A stretch of DNA of 64,000 nt from Octopus vulgaris. Taxonomy: Eukaryota. Below the pieces are notes generated by a model. It did not search any database and was not told where the DNA came from. It saw nothing but the letters and a program-made list of their open reading frames with translations. Both the position numbers and the translations under genes were made by a program. The stretch's first letter is position 1, and every line of letters begins with the position of its first letter. Below, piece after piece: positions 1 to 13,320 of the stretch. Where the stretch lies: NCBI GenBank assembly GCA_951406725.2, contig OX597824.1, positions 30,938,001-31,002,000 of the forward strand, read 5' to 3'.

Positions 1-1079
1 TCGTGTGATAATTATGGTGAAACAAATATAGTGCATAAAAGCTAAGAAAACTTATGATCTTTTCCACTAACTGGTTTCTTTTCCCAAATGTGTGTGGTAT
101 TAGTGCTTTAGCAAGAATTACAAGTGCCTGTTTATTTCAGTTTTTCTCTTTTGCCATTAATTGCTGCAATAATTAAATTTTTCGGTAAATTACATGTTCT
201 CTCATTTTTATAATCATATCTTCATCAAAATTATTGCCTACGAAATGTTGCTATATAAATATATAATTACTGCAGATATTTACATCATACATTTTAACTG
301 TATTTACTGATATCGTGAAATACTGAGTTTAAATAACTGAACAAAATTACGTATCAATATTTTATAATTATTATTAATTAATTAGAGTTTTGTCATTCCA
401 TGTTGTATGATGACATTAAATTGACAGTGTATTTTATCCATGATTATAATCTCTCTTGTTATGCTTCACTAGAATATCTGAAAACTTGTGATTTACTTAG
501 GAAATCCTTCTCAACACATCACTAGTTAATTTTTAACAAAATTTTATATGTCACTAAACATCGTATTGCTTAAAAATGATGAATTCTAGAATCAAATCTT
601 GTCCTCATTAGGCTGTTTAAAATGTCTTTCGCGAAGTTCTCGATATTTTTTTGCCAAAATATAGTTAGAAGTGTATAGCGGTAGTTGTTTTGTTTATGTT
701 GTGCGTAAACTCCTCGAGTAGAAGAACGACAACTGACCCAGTGAAATTCTATTTTATTGCTAGCTCACTTTTTTGAAGTTATTACGATTATACTGGACCA
801 GGCCCATAATTCTTTTTGTACACGTAAAGGTAACAATTTGCATGGGGTCGATGTATCGGATCTACCTCCCCTCAAATTTGCTGGTCGTGCTAATAAATCA
901 GAAACCATTGTAATTTTACGTTATGGGTGGCGAATCAGAAAATCTCATAACTGCACTGGAAAACGCGACTTGCAGAATCCGGAAATTTTACATTCTGTGT
1001 TCAAATCAAGCCGATGTGAACTTTCCCTTTTATTTCTTCAGAGTCCAAAAAATTCCCCTATCAATTGAGCATTGGAGCA

Positions 1080-1097
1080 TTAGGGTTAGGGTTAGGG
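1080..1097 (+). repeat. Interstitial (TTAGGG)3
   Basis: ttagggttagggttaggg seen directly. Confidence 0.8.
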
Positions 1098-1325
1098 AGC
1101 AATGGTGCCGATTAACCTCTTTCCCACAAAACCACTGGCGCTTTATTTAAATGAGAAAAATTATTTATCTACATTTTTCGTGTTATTACGAGGTCATACC
1201 TTATTCAAGCTTTAAATTCGTCTGACCTTTAAAAACTTCTTAATCAAATTTTTGTTTCGAGGACCTAAATACTCAACACATTCAAGGGGAATTACATCTA
1301 TGAGTACTATTACTTAAAAATGCGA

Positions 1326-1757
1326 TGGCGGTGAGCTGGCAGAATCGTTAGCGCACTGGACGAAACGCTTAGCAGTATTTCTTCCGACGCTACGTTTTGA
1401 GTTCAAATTTCGACTTTGCTTTTCACCCTTTCAGGGTCGATAAAATTAGTACCATTCGAACACTAGGGTCGCTGTAATCGACTCATCCCTTCCTTCCCCA
1501 AGCTGCCCTTTTAGAAAAAATTGGAATTAATTATTTCTTAAAACAATGAAGGTGGCGAGCTGGCAGAATTGTTAGCACACCGAGCGAAATGTTTAGCGCT
1601 ATTTCTTAACGTTCTGGGCTCAAATTCCGCCGTGGTCGACTTTGCCATTCATCCTTTCGGGGTTGATTAAATAAGTACCAGTTGAGTACTGGGATCGATG
1701 TAATTGACAATCCCCCTCCCCCAAATTTAAGGCCTTGTGCCTAATGTAGAAAGGATT
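1326..1757 (+). mobile_element. Two tandem octopus-type SINE copies
   Basis: ggcggtgagctggcagaatcgttagc...gttcaaattcc...catcctttcggggtcgataaa...agtacca...ggggtcgatgtaatcgac structure occurs twice and elsewhere in the window. Confidence 0.8.
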
Positions 1758-1899
1758 ATTACTTAAGATAGTTTGGTTTGGCACCATGCAAATTAGTTTT
1801 GTGGGCTCCTAACAAGAACCTAGCTCCTTGTACTCAGGCGGTCGAATAGAGAGATGTTAGAAAGTCCAAGATAGCTACTGAAATCTAGGCTGCTATTGC

Positions 1900-3300
1900 T
1901 CAATGGAGGTCACATGGTGTTGGAAATAGCATTGTAATTTCAGCAACATCAAATCTATCAGAATAGAGATCCGAATCTAGAATTTTTTGAACACGTGGTG
2001 GGACAAGAAAACGGGCGTCACCTTGCTGTCTGAATAGTATTCGGGAGAACTTAAGCAACATTGATGGCCGATGAAGATGTGTGTGTATGTATTTGTTTGA
2101 GTATGTGTGCATATAAGCTTTAGCATGTGGGTGAGGGCTGATGGCATCATATCGATCGCGTGTATGTATGCTTTTGCGAGGGGGTGTGCGCTTGTGGGTG
2201 CGGTGCGTATCAGCTATGTGTTTGTGTTCTTGTGTGCATCTATACATTGTTATGTATGTCAGCTGTGATATTGGTGGGAGCTAAGTAGATTTGCCATTTG
2301 ATGGAGATTTGGTAGTGCTAGGGAGAGAAAGAGAGGATCTGCCTGATAAGAGCTGTTGTCTACACAACCATCTTCACATTATCCAACGACATCACAAGAC
2401 ACTACACAGGCAAGATTGACTGATGACTTTAAAGAAAGGAATACACTGAATATGCATTTGAATATTGTATGTTCTTATGTGCGTGTGTGTGCATATGAGA
2501 GAGTGAAGTATGTGTGTGTTTGGGACTGCTGGATAAAGTGTATGTATATGAAGATAATGTGCATATTCTGTGTTTGTGCGTATGTATATGTGTGTAAGAG
2601 TGCCGGTACGTGTGTGTGAGACTATCTGACGTATGTGTTTGTTGTAGTAGGATGTAGGTAGGTCGACCTTGCTACTGTCCCTATGGAGAAGGAAGGGAAG
2701 TGTAAGTGGTGATTTGTGTTGAATGCAAGTTTGTGCATGCAAGTGTGAGTGCTAGTGTTTGGGGAGTGGGAAAGAGTATTGTGTGTGTGTGTGTTTGTGT
2801 GCATGTTTGCAAGCGCATGTATATGCTGTATAGGCATAATTATGTTTATGGTGTGGTAATGAGTGAAAAACTGTAGCGAAGGCGTGTATGGGGTAGACGA
2901 GGAGGGGCCGTGGTTGGTGGGATGTGTATGATGCGTGAGTAAATTCGCGTGGATGTGGGTTAAAATGAAGGGAGAACAATTGAGACCATGACGAGCTGAA
3001 GAACGGAGAAAGAAAATAAATTCTCGCTCACGATGGAGGCGAAAGTTCAAGTGACCTCTGTGCAAAGCCAATCTAAACACAGAAAGATGTAGGGAATGAG
3101 TGGTTGAATGGATATGACATGTGACCGTGGTGTCATTCCCAAGTCTGATGTCCGATGGTCGGGCCGGTGGTCGGTGCCAGTGAGGATAGTAGTGTTGGAG
3201 GGGAAGATAGATAGATATATTACTTACAAGACAGTTTTCAGTGTGAGGGCTAAGGCTGAAGGCATCTATCGATGTAAGCAGTCAGTGTAAACGAGCGGCA
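1900..3300 (-). mobile_element. Penelope-like element 3' remnant (GIY-YIG C-terminus plus CA-rich tail)
   Basis: Minus strand RDIRLGNDT...HLSVFRLALHRGHLNFRLHREREFIFFLRSSARHGLN, typical of the Penelope endonuclease end. Confidence 0.6.
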
Positions 3301-4405
3301 GAAGCTGCGATGGGGGAAACAACTTCATAAACATGCATCTATGCTTGCATCCAGACCGTTGAATTACATTTGAGTTTCGATTATTTGCAAGTGTAGTTCA
3401 TCATAGATCCTGATCAAAATCAGTAGACAATAAAGATTGTATTTTATGTTCAAGAGTAGGATCCATTTGAGTTTACCTTAGGTAGATCTCTTTGAAATGT
3501 GAAGTTCTTTAAGGAATGGGAACATATAAAGAATATAAAGGATTGCCATTCTGTGAGTGACAGCATCCAATGCAGCACCTTGATCATTACTTTTATTGAT
3601 TGATCAGACTTAACGATCAATGTTGCCTAGATCTGTAAAATAACAGAAATGTAAATAATTACAAAATATTTCGAATTTTTGTTTTTACATGAATCGTTGA
3701 AGAATGGTATCAGATATGTCCAACTGAAGACTAGATTTTATTTTTCAGCTTCTTCTACATCGCTTTGCTCAACCTTCCCGGTATGGCAGTTCTCATCTGC
3801 TATGGATCTTAGATAAATTATTTCATAATTTTTCTTACATTAAAAAGTAATATGTTTCAATTTTTTCGATGCCGTTTTATTTTATTGATTAAATTTGTGA
3901 TCCGGAGGGATTTATTGTAGCTTTTCTTGTACAATCTAGGTTTAACCTTATGGGCATCATTACCACGACTTCAAAAGTGAATACATATTAAAGCGGAAAA
4001 ACTGGAGATGGTGAAAGATGTTGATATTTTTTTCGTTTTATATCAAGTAATGTTTTTTTTGTTGAAAACTGCCCGTCATCCAACAAGGTCAGGAAAAATA
4101 ACTAATATGTATTTTGGAACACACGTTTCATAGAATAGAAATGATTCCCTAAAAGTAGAGATACTGAAGCCTCTGAATAAATTTTTTACTCTGCATCATA
4201 TGATGCATTGAGTACTTAATTGAAACGTGATCTCGTTTGTTTTAATATTTGATATTTTAAGCACATGTACCCGAATTATAGTACGATACACGTATACAAA
4301 ATATGTTTGTCAGTGGTGTACAATATTCCAAATGTTCTGCATATACATTACATAACTACATACATATATATCGGTGTACACACACACACAAACACACACA
4401 CACAC

Positions 4406-4461
<56 letters not shown>

Positions 4462-4639
4462 TTATATGATGGACTCTCGTAAGAATTTTGCATTCTGTCT
4501 TACTCTATATTTCACGGTTTGTGTCTTCTTTAAGACGGAGAGTAGTTTTGCTTTCGCAACCCAGATCGCATCCTTCAAACACGAAAAGTTGAAAAGAAAC
4601 TGCATTCTTTTGATCGGGCCTTTCACCAAAGTGCTCAAT

Positions 4640-5337
4640 CTGTGTTCACCATCTAAAGAAGAACTAGAATTGATTTTACTTCCTAAGTATGGGAAATATT
4701 TCACATATTTTACAGGCTTGTCTGCAAGACCATTACGTGCTGGTGAACTGTATTGAAGACTGGTAGTGTTATGTCTCTTCTTTGGATAAATATTGGTCTT
4801 GGTTGGTATATGGGTTCTATGTTTTACACACTTATTGTTAGGCCAAACGCTTTTGCCGCAGAGGAAAAACTAGCTTACGATTTCTTGAGCTCCCAGGAAA
4901 AAAGCAGCTACTATTAGCAAACAAGAAGCCTAAATGCATTTTCGTCCTAGTAAAGGTATCTACCTCAAATCTTCGGTGACTGAAGAGCCCACCCATCTGA
5001 TGTTCTAAATTCAAATAAAACACCAATATTATTGTCTTGAATGCATACTCTAGCATCATAGAAAAATAAACAGAAGACTAAACAAGAGCCATTATGCACC
5101 AATTCTTTGTCAAACCTTTTGCACGAGAGGATCTGACGAAGTGCTACCTGACTTAACAGAAGCTTGTATGTGTTGCATGGAACAAATTGCCCAGTTATAA
5201 CACTGGGCATTTTGTTAGGAATCCCAATCTCTTGACCACAAAGAATCAACAGACAAAAACAAAACCCTTTGATAAGTCATCAAAGACCATAAATATTTCA
5301 CTCTTCTCCCGTACTTCCTCTGTAACTTGCGGCAAGT

Positions 5338-5402
<65 letters not shown>

Positions 5403-6310
5403 TGTCAATAGTTTCTCTCCCAGCTCTAAAGATTCAGGGTAAACATGGTTTCCCAAGTGAGTTATTATTCTGTTGAAAACAACTCGAGCAAAGATTCTGT
5501 CCTCTACAGATGAGAATTCAGTTACAAATCGGATCGATATTTCATATCTCGAAAATACTTTGTTCTACAAATTGCGTTCCAGATCCACTGAATCCCACTG
5601 TACACAGACACACTGAACTTTATGTTCTCCTACCTTTATAGTTGCTCCTTTCCCTTTCACTCCGATTCTACCTACTGAATTATTTGTAAGTAGAAAATCC
5701 ACATTTCTTCTGACATTCTGCTCCGAACCCAAAAGTTTTACTCTGTCTGTGCACTAACTTCGTCCGGGGTCTCTTCCGCCTTTCTTTTGCACCCGATGCG
5801 AATAGGAGTCCCCACTTTGGCGATAGCTGGATCTCTAAACTCCCTTATTCTTAAAACGACATGTAACGTGTTTGCATTGAATTCTTCGCCCACCGATGTC
5901 AATGACAGTGGTAGTTACCCTGAATGACCAAATAGTGCAATATAAAATGATATTCTTTTCATACCCATCCTTTTCCTATAGTTATTATTCTTCATTTGTT
6001 GCATTTGTTCATTCATTATAACTGCTACATCTCATACGACTAGCGGCTGCACAATACGTTTGTAAACTATATTGACAACACAAGAGCCTTACATTTCCAG
6101 ATCTCAATGTCTCGTCTTTCACATATAATTCTTACACACTACAAAGACTATCAGTCACGTTACCCTCATATTACTATCCTGGATCTATTATTCCCTATTT
6201 CGAAACCCAAGGAATGTTCTCGCCATTTGCCTGAAACCATTTTCCATCCACCTTATATATTCTGCGGAGCCCACGCCTGCTTTTCGTCACCTTGAACTAC
6301 ATCTGTGTTT
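4640..6310 (-). mobile_element. Degenerate RTE-clade LINE, copy 1
   Basis: Frameshifted motifs: EN REHSLGFEIGN; RT RIFARVVFNRIITHLGNHVYPES..FRAGRETIDMI; MMLEYAFK; DGGLFSHRRF; KYFPYLGSKI. Confidence 0.8.
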
Positions 6311-8525
6311 AAAAAATCAGCTCTTCAATCTTTCACACTTATTTATTTGGTAATTCCCAGAAGATTTACAATGGATTGTAATATCAGATGCTCTTAGCAT
6401 TATTTTGAAACTGATGCGAAAAACTATCTTCAAATGTGAGATGCAGACATGCCAATCAAATTTGCTGCAATGCATGCAAAGCCACCAATGAACACTTGGA
6501 ATAAATACTACACAAAGAACTACAAGAAAGCAGTTGTACTGAAGTTTGAAAATATACAAGAGGCACGCTAATGCTTGTTTGATGACTGTTTCCTTATTAA
6601 ATAAAATTTAGAAACATTTTAGTAGACTTGAGTATTCTTCTGAACAATTTTCACCAAACTCTGAAGTTTGCATAGGAGACGAACATAACAAAATTGCGGT
6701 TTCCCGAAATAACTGCAATTCTAAAAAATACCAACATCATATATATATATTATAAAGTCAGACACAGATAGGTGCCAGGAATTTAAATCATTCAGTTTAG
6801 TACATAAAGATCGTAACATTCCACAGTGTGTAGCCAGAAAAATTTATGTCATCGCTATTAGTACCAGAAAAGAACGACTCACAGAGCAAATAAATTTTTG
6901 TTTAAACAAAACAATCCGACGTAACTTGTACAAAATTTTATTGAGTGTGTGAAACAAATACCCAAATAACAACTTGGAGCAGCCTCTAAAATAAGAACAC
7001 AAGTCATTTTGTTGTGTTGTGGGGGTCTAATCCATGTGATCAGAAAATGTTTAACGTTGTCAAATCAAGCTTGCCTGTTATAAGGCAAAGTGATAAATCA
7101 AATTATTTGATTACCGATCAAACATGTTTAAAGAAAAACTTGAGGCAGTTCATGGCAAAGCCTGTAAAATATATGTTGGCAAGACTAAGTTTCATTATCA
7201 AAACACATACGAGTACACGATTAGCTAATTAGCGACTTTAATGTCAAATAACTATCATTAAGTATCATTTGGAAATATGCTGCGATAAAACTGAACTTAA
7301 TCATACTAACAAGCTACGCTTTTGTTTTGTTTTTTCACTATTTAATTTTTTTACACTAATTCAGTTTTACAACCAATTCATTTACAGACTTTCAATTTCT
7401 CGAGACATTTTATATAGGATTAACCAAACACTAAACACCAAACACACTCAAACATAAGCCATTTCAATTTAAAAATATGTTTCACCATACTTATAAAAGC
7501 TACTCGCTGCTAACCAAAGTCAGTATCAGAGTATGGTTTAGTGTATGCTATATATTGCTTCCTTAATTGATTGTTTACACTGTCATAACAAAAACAATTA
7601 TCCCCTTTCGATGTAAAATCTAAATCAAAGACGAAATTGTAAGTAAAAACATATCGAGAAATATATATTTATCTATATACCTACGCTTGTAAGAATTCTC
7701 TAGAAGCGTTATGAATTTATAAATCCAGTATGAAACTTGTATTTTCCCCAAATGTTTTTGGAGCAAGAACTGAACAGCACAAAACTGATTATACAGACTA
7801 GATTTAACGTATTTTATTATCTATACCGCATACCACATAAACACGCAAAGTGGCACAGACACAGACAGACAGACAGAGGCACACACACAGACACACACAC
7901 ACACTCGTACATATATATAGAGATCAGAAGATACATGCATATACATATATATAATCACAAACGCGCATACACTGTCACACGTACACACACACTCATACAT
8001 AGTTGAAATTTATAGGAAAATAAAAGGCGAAGACAGGAGTATGAACAACAAGTAAGTGTATTAGTTTGACGCTCGGGAAAATGAAAATGATTTTTACGTT
8101 TCGAGCCTACGCTCTTTAACAGAAAAGAATGAAAGAAAATAAACAGAGAGAAAATGAAAAAAAACTTATAGATTTCAGCGGTGCAGCAAGACGATATATA
8201 TCCGTGGAGGGTCGCTTATCCTGGGTTCCTGTCAGAATGGGAACAGTCGTAAAAGACGTCTGTTTACACGAAAGGCAGATGCCAGAAAACGAATCATGTG
8301 AGCATGGATTTGATTTTTTAAAATTTCGTTGCATCTTGAAGAAATGTAATTTTCTAGAGTATGTCGACACATAAATTGTAACTATAAGTTGATGCAAACT
8401 GTATTGTAGACCATCAGATGGGTTGCAGGTATAGTCCACATATAAAACCTTCTCACAGAAGAATTATCCCAAAGTTCTGGCTGCCTAATTATTCTCAATA
8501 TACAAAATTTGTATACCACTTCAAA

Positions 8526-8568
<43 letters not shown>

Positions 8569-8840
8569 CGTGTGAGTGTTTGTGTGTGCGGGCCCTTTAA
8601 AGTGCATGTATGTATATATATATTACAATTGATAAGAGGAATGACTACAAAAGTGGATTCCTATACGCTAGAGATAGACGTCAAATCGCCTTACCAGCAA
8701 ATGCCAAAATGTAAAAAATGAGCAAATCAAATGAAAATTTATAAAATATAACGATTACCTACGTATCATGAGTTCCTTATTAATACTTTTAATTACATAT
8801 ATATTATTAATTATATATATATAGTAAGAGAGAGAGAGAG

Positions 8841-8922
<82 letters not shown>

Positions 8923-8934
8923 GGGGTGTATATA

Positions 8935-10877
8935 TAATAATATTAGGGAGTTTGGCTACAAACTTACAGGGAAATATTAGATTTAGGATTAAATCAAATT
9001 TCACAGTATAATATATAAAATATGAATTAGAGATAAAACTACTATTAGGCAACTCAAACAGTGATAGACATAAACCCATACATAAATAACAAATTATATA
9101 AATAATATAAATATAATTAACGTAATGTATAATACATATATATAAAATATAAAAATTAATTTTTTTAAATTTTTTATTTTTAAATTCGAATTACAATTAA
9201 GTTTAACTTCAATTGAAATAAATTCAAACTAAAATTATAGTCAATCTTCAGGTTAAGGATAATAATTAAATAAAAAAGCAGAGTTAAACAATATTCTTTA
9301 AGAAATAAATAACATAATAATTTTTCTTATAAAAATAACTCCATTGTCTAAATTAGAAACATAAAACATTAGGATTATGTCATACACGCCATTTATTATG
9401 TTAAATATTTATTTTTAAGGTAAAAAAAATAGATAGAAATATGTATTTATCTATGAAGATGATAAATTAATTAGTACATTATTACTTACATAAATATTAA
9501 ATATTAATATAATATATTTATGAAATGCGTAAAAAAAATTGATTAAAAATCAAATTATATACGTATAACTTATCTTAAAAGAATCGTATAACTATTTTAC
9601 GATCTATACATCTCGTTGGCTAAGTAATATCTTACAAGTAACGTATAGTTATAATCTAATACGTAAATACATATCATCAACAACTAAATAATTACAGAAT
9701 CAAATTAACAATCAGTAGTTATACAATACAATACAATTCAATAAAACTTATTAAATATCTGCAAAAATCTTAAATAGAAAAGGTTTACTTAGCTTTCAAA
9801 AATCGTGTCGTTAACTACAATTTTAAAACGGAAAACGTCTTTTAAGCGTTTATACGAATCCCCATGGAATTACGTTATTAACAGAAATAGAATAAACAGA
9901 TGGAAAATTCTTTTAAAAATGAAAGCCACGAATATATTTTAGCAATGAAAATTATGAATATATATTGTCAATGGAAATTACGGCTATATTTTAGTTATAA
10001 TAGATAAGGAGAAGAAAGTCACTATTAGAGAATAAAATCACTATATACTATAAAATTTATAATTAAAAATAACTACAATAAATTATACTCAATACACTAT
10101 AAATTAAATAATTTATATAACTACCAACTACTGTATATACTCTAAAAATCTTATAAAAATTAATTAATTTTATATAAAAAAAGGTTACGTTGTAGTCAAA
10201 ACTTTATTTAAATAAAATTAAAAAAATAACTATTAGACACATTCAAAATCAATTCAGTAGTAATTCAAACATTATCTATATTATGACCACTAATTAATAT
10301 AAAACTATATTTTAATAAAATTCATTTTATAGTATTAATTAAATAAACATCTAAATAAATCTACTTCGAAATATATAAAAAATACATACATATTCATTAA
10401 TTTAACAAATTTATTACAAACTATATACTTGACTGTAGTATAAAATAAATATATATTATATATCATATTAATACTCTAAACAAATGCAAAACAATAATAA
10501 ATTAAACTTATTATATAGGTAAACTAATTTGTATTTAGATCAAATACTTCGTTCTTTAATTGAATAAATAAAGTACATTTTATCATTATAAAAATGTATT
10601 ACATAAAGAAAAAAATTATTATTCTATACATTCAAAATTATAAACCATCAGTTAATCTGTATTCATTAAACACATTAAATATTTGATAATAAAATAAACA
10701 TCTAAATAAAATCTAACTAATAAGTATTTACAGAACTTTTACTAACTCTTATTGACTAATACTCAAATCACATACATAATTGCAAACACAACACCACTAT
10801 CATTAATTAATATATTTATTTAATTTATTTAATTATTTATTTAATAATATTAAATTAAACTTCTTAAATCATGTAAT
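8935..10877 (-). mobile_element. Ultra AT-rich 3' extension of a Penelope-like element, copy 1
   Basis: Homologous to 36730-39396, which continues directly into a Penelope GIY-YIG/RT ORF. Confidence 0.55.
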
Positions 10878-10878
10878 A

Positions 10879-11039
10879 TCTTTATATATAAAAGTTAAGT
10901 TGTGTGTCTGTCTCCTACGATTTAGATTCCTAACTACTCCCACATTTTGCGGTGCTGTTTAACCAAAACCGGGTATCGTATAGTCGTGAGTCATATCGAG
11001 CCCGTCTGGGTATTATCGCGCGTCTACGATGAGTCTACG
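10879..11039 (+). mobile_element. 5' fragment of non-autonomous Helitron
   Basis: Starts A|TCTTTATATATAAAAG; matches reverse complement of 27810-27976. Confidence 0.8.
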
Positions 11040-11049
11040 TTTAGTACTT

Positions 11050-11090
11050 ACCGGATATTTCTGACGTGTATATTTACGCCACGTCACTAT
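11050..11090 (+). promoter_or_regulatory. Putative proximal promoter with paired TGACGTG / GCCACGTCA (CREB3/XBP1/ATF-type) motifs, copy 1
   Basis: TGACGTG at 11062-11068 and GCCACGTCA at 11078-11086 flanking TATATTTA, 50-75 nt before the ATG; identical in copy 2. Confidence 0.4.
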
Positions 11091-11134
11091 CAGTGTGGTA
11101 CCATAGACAGTAAAACATCTCTAAAGGAAAGGCA

Positions 11135-11251
11135 ATGGAAATCAGCCGATATACTTGTCTATTTTCTCTTCTTCTCCCACTAGTATACAGCATAACCAAT
11201 AGTTCACCAGCAAAAGTGTCTTACTTTCACCGAAAAAATGTTTTCTCGCAT
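11135..11251 (+). CDS. Exon 1 (signal peptide plus short N-terminal segment) of putative secreted galectin-like gene, copy 1
   Basis: gcaATGG start; MEISRYTCLFSLLLPLVYSITNSSPAKVSYFHRKNVFSH (39 codons, hydrophobic core); strong donor CAT|gtaagt at 11252, phase 0; paralogous exon at 49148 keeps ATG, frame and donor. Confidence 0.7.
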
Positions 11252-12215
11252 GTAAGTTTTGATATACCAACACTGGATGTAAATAGACTGAATTCTTTTC
11301 ATTTTAATTCTTATAAATTATTTTATAGATTTCTAGCTTTGATTCGGTTCCAGTTATATATATCATATAATATCATAATTACTGATATGCATAGAATCAT
11401 TGTGTTTCGGGGTATTCCTTCCCGGTCCCCATTACCAATTCATGTCTATATATATATATATATATATATAAACATGCAAACATATATGCATGCACTCACG
11501 CACAAATATATATAGAGGCAATTGACGATTATTCAGATAGACAAATTAGATGTATCAAATATTATAACAGTTCGGATATGAAATACAAAATATGTATATA
11601 TGTATGCATGCAAAACGAGAGTAAAAAAAAATTGGAGAAATTCAGTCAATGAATATTTAATAATAAATACGCAGATATTTACTTTAATAGATCTAACTTA
11701 CATACAGTAAAGATGACAGACAAAAATTAAAGTGTCAGGAATAAAGGTTTTATAATTCCAGCAACTGTTGGGCGTATAATACCTTTCTTCCAACCCTTTA
11801 ATTTCCTCTGTCGTTTGTTCTCTGTGTAAGTTGTATCTATTAATATTAATATCTGTCTATTTATACTTAAATATTCATAATCTGAAAGTCTTCACTTCGC
11901 TTTCTCTCGTTTTGCATGCATACATATATACATATTTTGTAGGTCATATCAAAATTGTTATATTTAATACTTCTAATAACTGCCTCTAAATCTGGTCAAC
12001 TTTATTACACGTTTAGTCATTGCTTACCCCGTGGAGAGGGTTTCCTTTAAATACATCAGTGTATGTTTGAATCATTTGAGCACAACTAAATGTTCTCCAT
12101 AGTGAGAATCTCTGGGTCTCATCTATGGATCACACACACACATACAGGCATATATATATATACATACTTTCATACATACAGGTACACACACACACACACA
12201 ATCACACACACAAAA

Positions 12216-12255
<40 letters not shown>

Positions 12256-12271
12256 TCACACACACACACAC

Positions 12272-12580
12272 TCGAGGGGTGTTCATTAAAGATTTCCCTT
12301 GACTCACTTCCGGTTATTGCCGGATACGGAACTCAAACAGGTCTTGACAAGTAAACATACTTGTCTCTAGATGTCACATTGTAAATTGCAGCTTTCCACT
12401 GGTATTCATCCGTCTGTTATGGTTGCTGAAATGGACTAAGGTATTATAATGGAGGAAGTTGAATGCACATCCGCGATCAAGTTCTTATACAAGAAAGGTC
12501 GTACACCAAAATAGATTTTCGATGAAATGAAAGAAGCTTTTGGGGATGATACACCATTCACACGACGTAGTCAATCACCG
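12272..12580 (+). mobile_element. mariner 5' fragment (paralogue ~50260-50565)
   Basis: CGAGGGGTGTTC terminus; MEEVECTSAIKFLYKKGRTPK*IFDEMKEAFGDD HTH start. Confidence 0.7.
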
Positions 12581-12910
12581 GCATCACTGGATCTCACTCA
12601 TAAGGTATTGGAATCTTACATTGGGTATAAACTCTATAATTGGAAGGAGCCATTTTAAATTCTGTTGGATTTTACCCATAGGGTATTGGAAATTTACATA
12701 TATACCATTCTGCCTAAAAAATGGATCTATAACTTCAATATTCCTACATATCTTACATCTATTTTCTTTTCTCCACCCCACTCCCTATTTTGTATCCTCT
12801 CACACCGTCTCCGATGACGTGATATGATTAATAAATATCCTGCAAACCTTCTATCTATAAATGTTCTATCTACATAACCTTGGTTTTTATCTCATTACGC
12901 AAAAGATTCT

Positions 12911-12943
<33 letters not shown>

Positions 12944-13032
12944 ATGTCTGTGTGTGTGTGTGTGTGCGTGTATGTATGTGTGTGTGTGTGTGTATGTCTG
13001 TGTGTGTGTGTGTGTGTGTGTGAACATGTATG

Positions 13033-13320
13033 CTACGGCACAGGCATTGATGTTATTTCTATTTTATATAGTTTGACGGTACCTGTGGCAGCTTGGAACT
13101 GAAATCTTCTGAATAAACGTATATTTTCAGGTTTTGTGGAATTCCAACACCTCACTTTGGAACTTAGGCAGTTAGCTATGGAGATAAATTTTGAAATGGT
13201 TATTGGTAGGAATTTATAACCCAGATGGAGCTCCTGAAAATTCCTATTTTCTTTGGCACAGATGTTCTCTTTCTGACTAAGCTTTAATATAATACGTCGA
13301 CTGCTTTTGGGCAAGCCATT
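13033..13320 (-). mobile_element. 3' fragment of an RLE-type non-LTR retrotransposon (paralogue ~51210-51500)
   Basis: KENI..LGYKF(EF)LPI...KPE..RLFRRFQFQAATGTVKL resembles an RLE C-terminus. Confidence 0.5.

Noticed and set aside
1080-1097. Telomeric hexamers as a chromosome-fusion or healing scar
   Set aside because: Only three units, embedded in repeat-like sequence
757-1150. ORFs of 103 and 75 aa
   Set aside because: They overlap a SINE tail (845-907); no recognisable domain
6230-6300. GDEKQAWAP on the minus strand resembling a Chapaev transposase
   Set aside because: Adjacent frames give RTE endonuclease motifs colinear with the RTE RT
8935-10877. Possible mitochondrial insertion or foreign AT-rich DNA
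   Set aside because: No mitochondrial gene or tRNA motifs recognised; its paralogue is contiguous with a Penelope ORF
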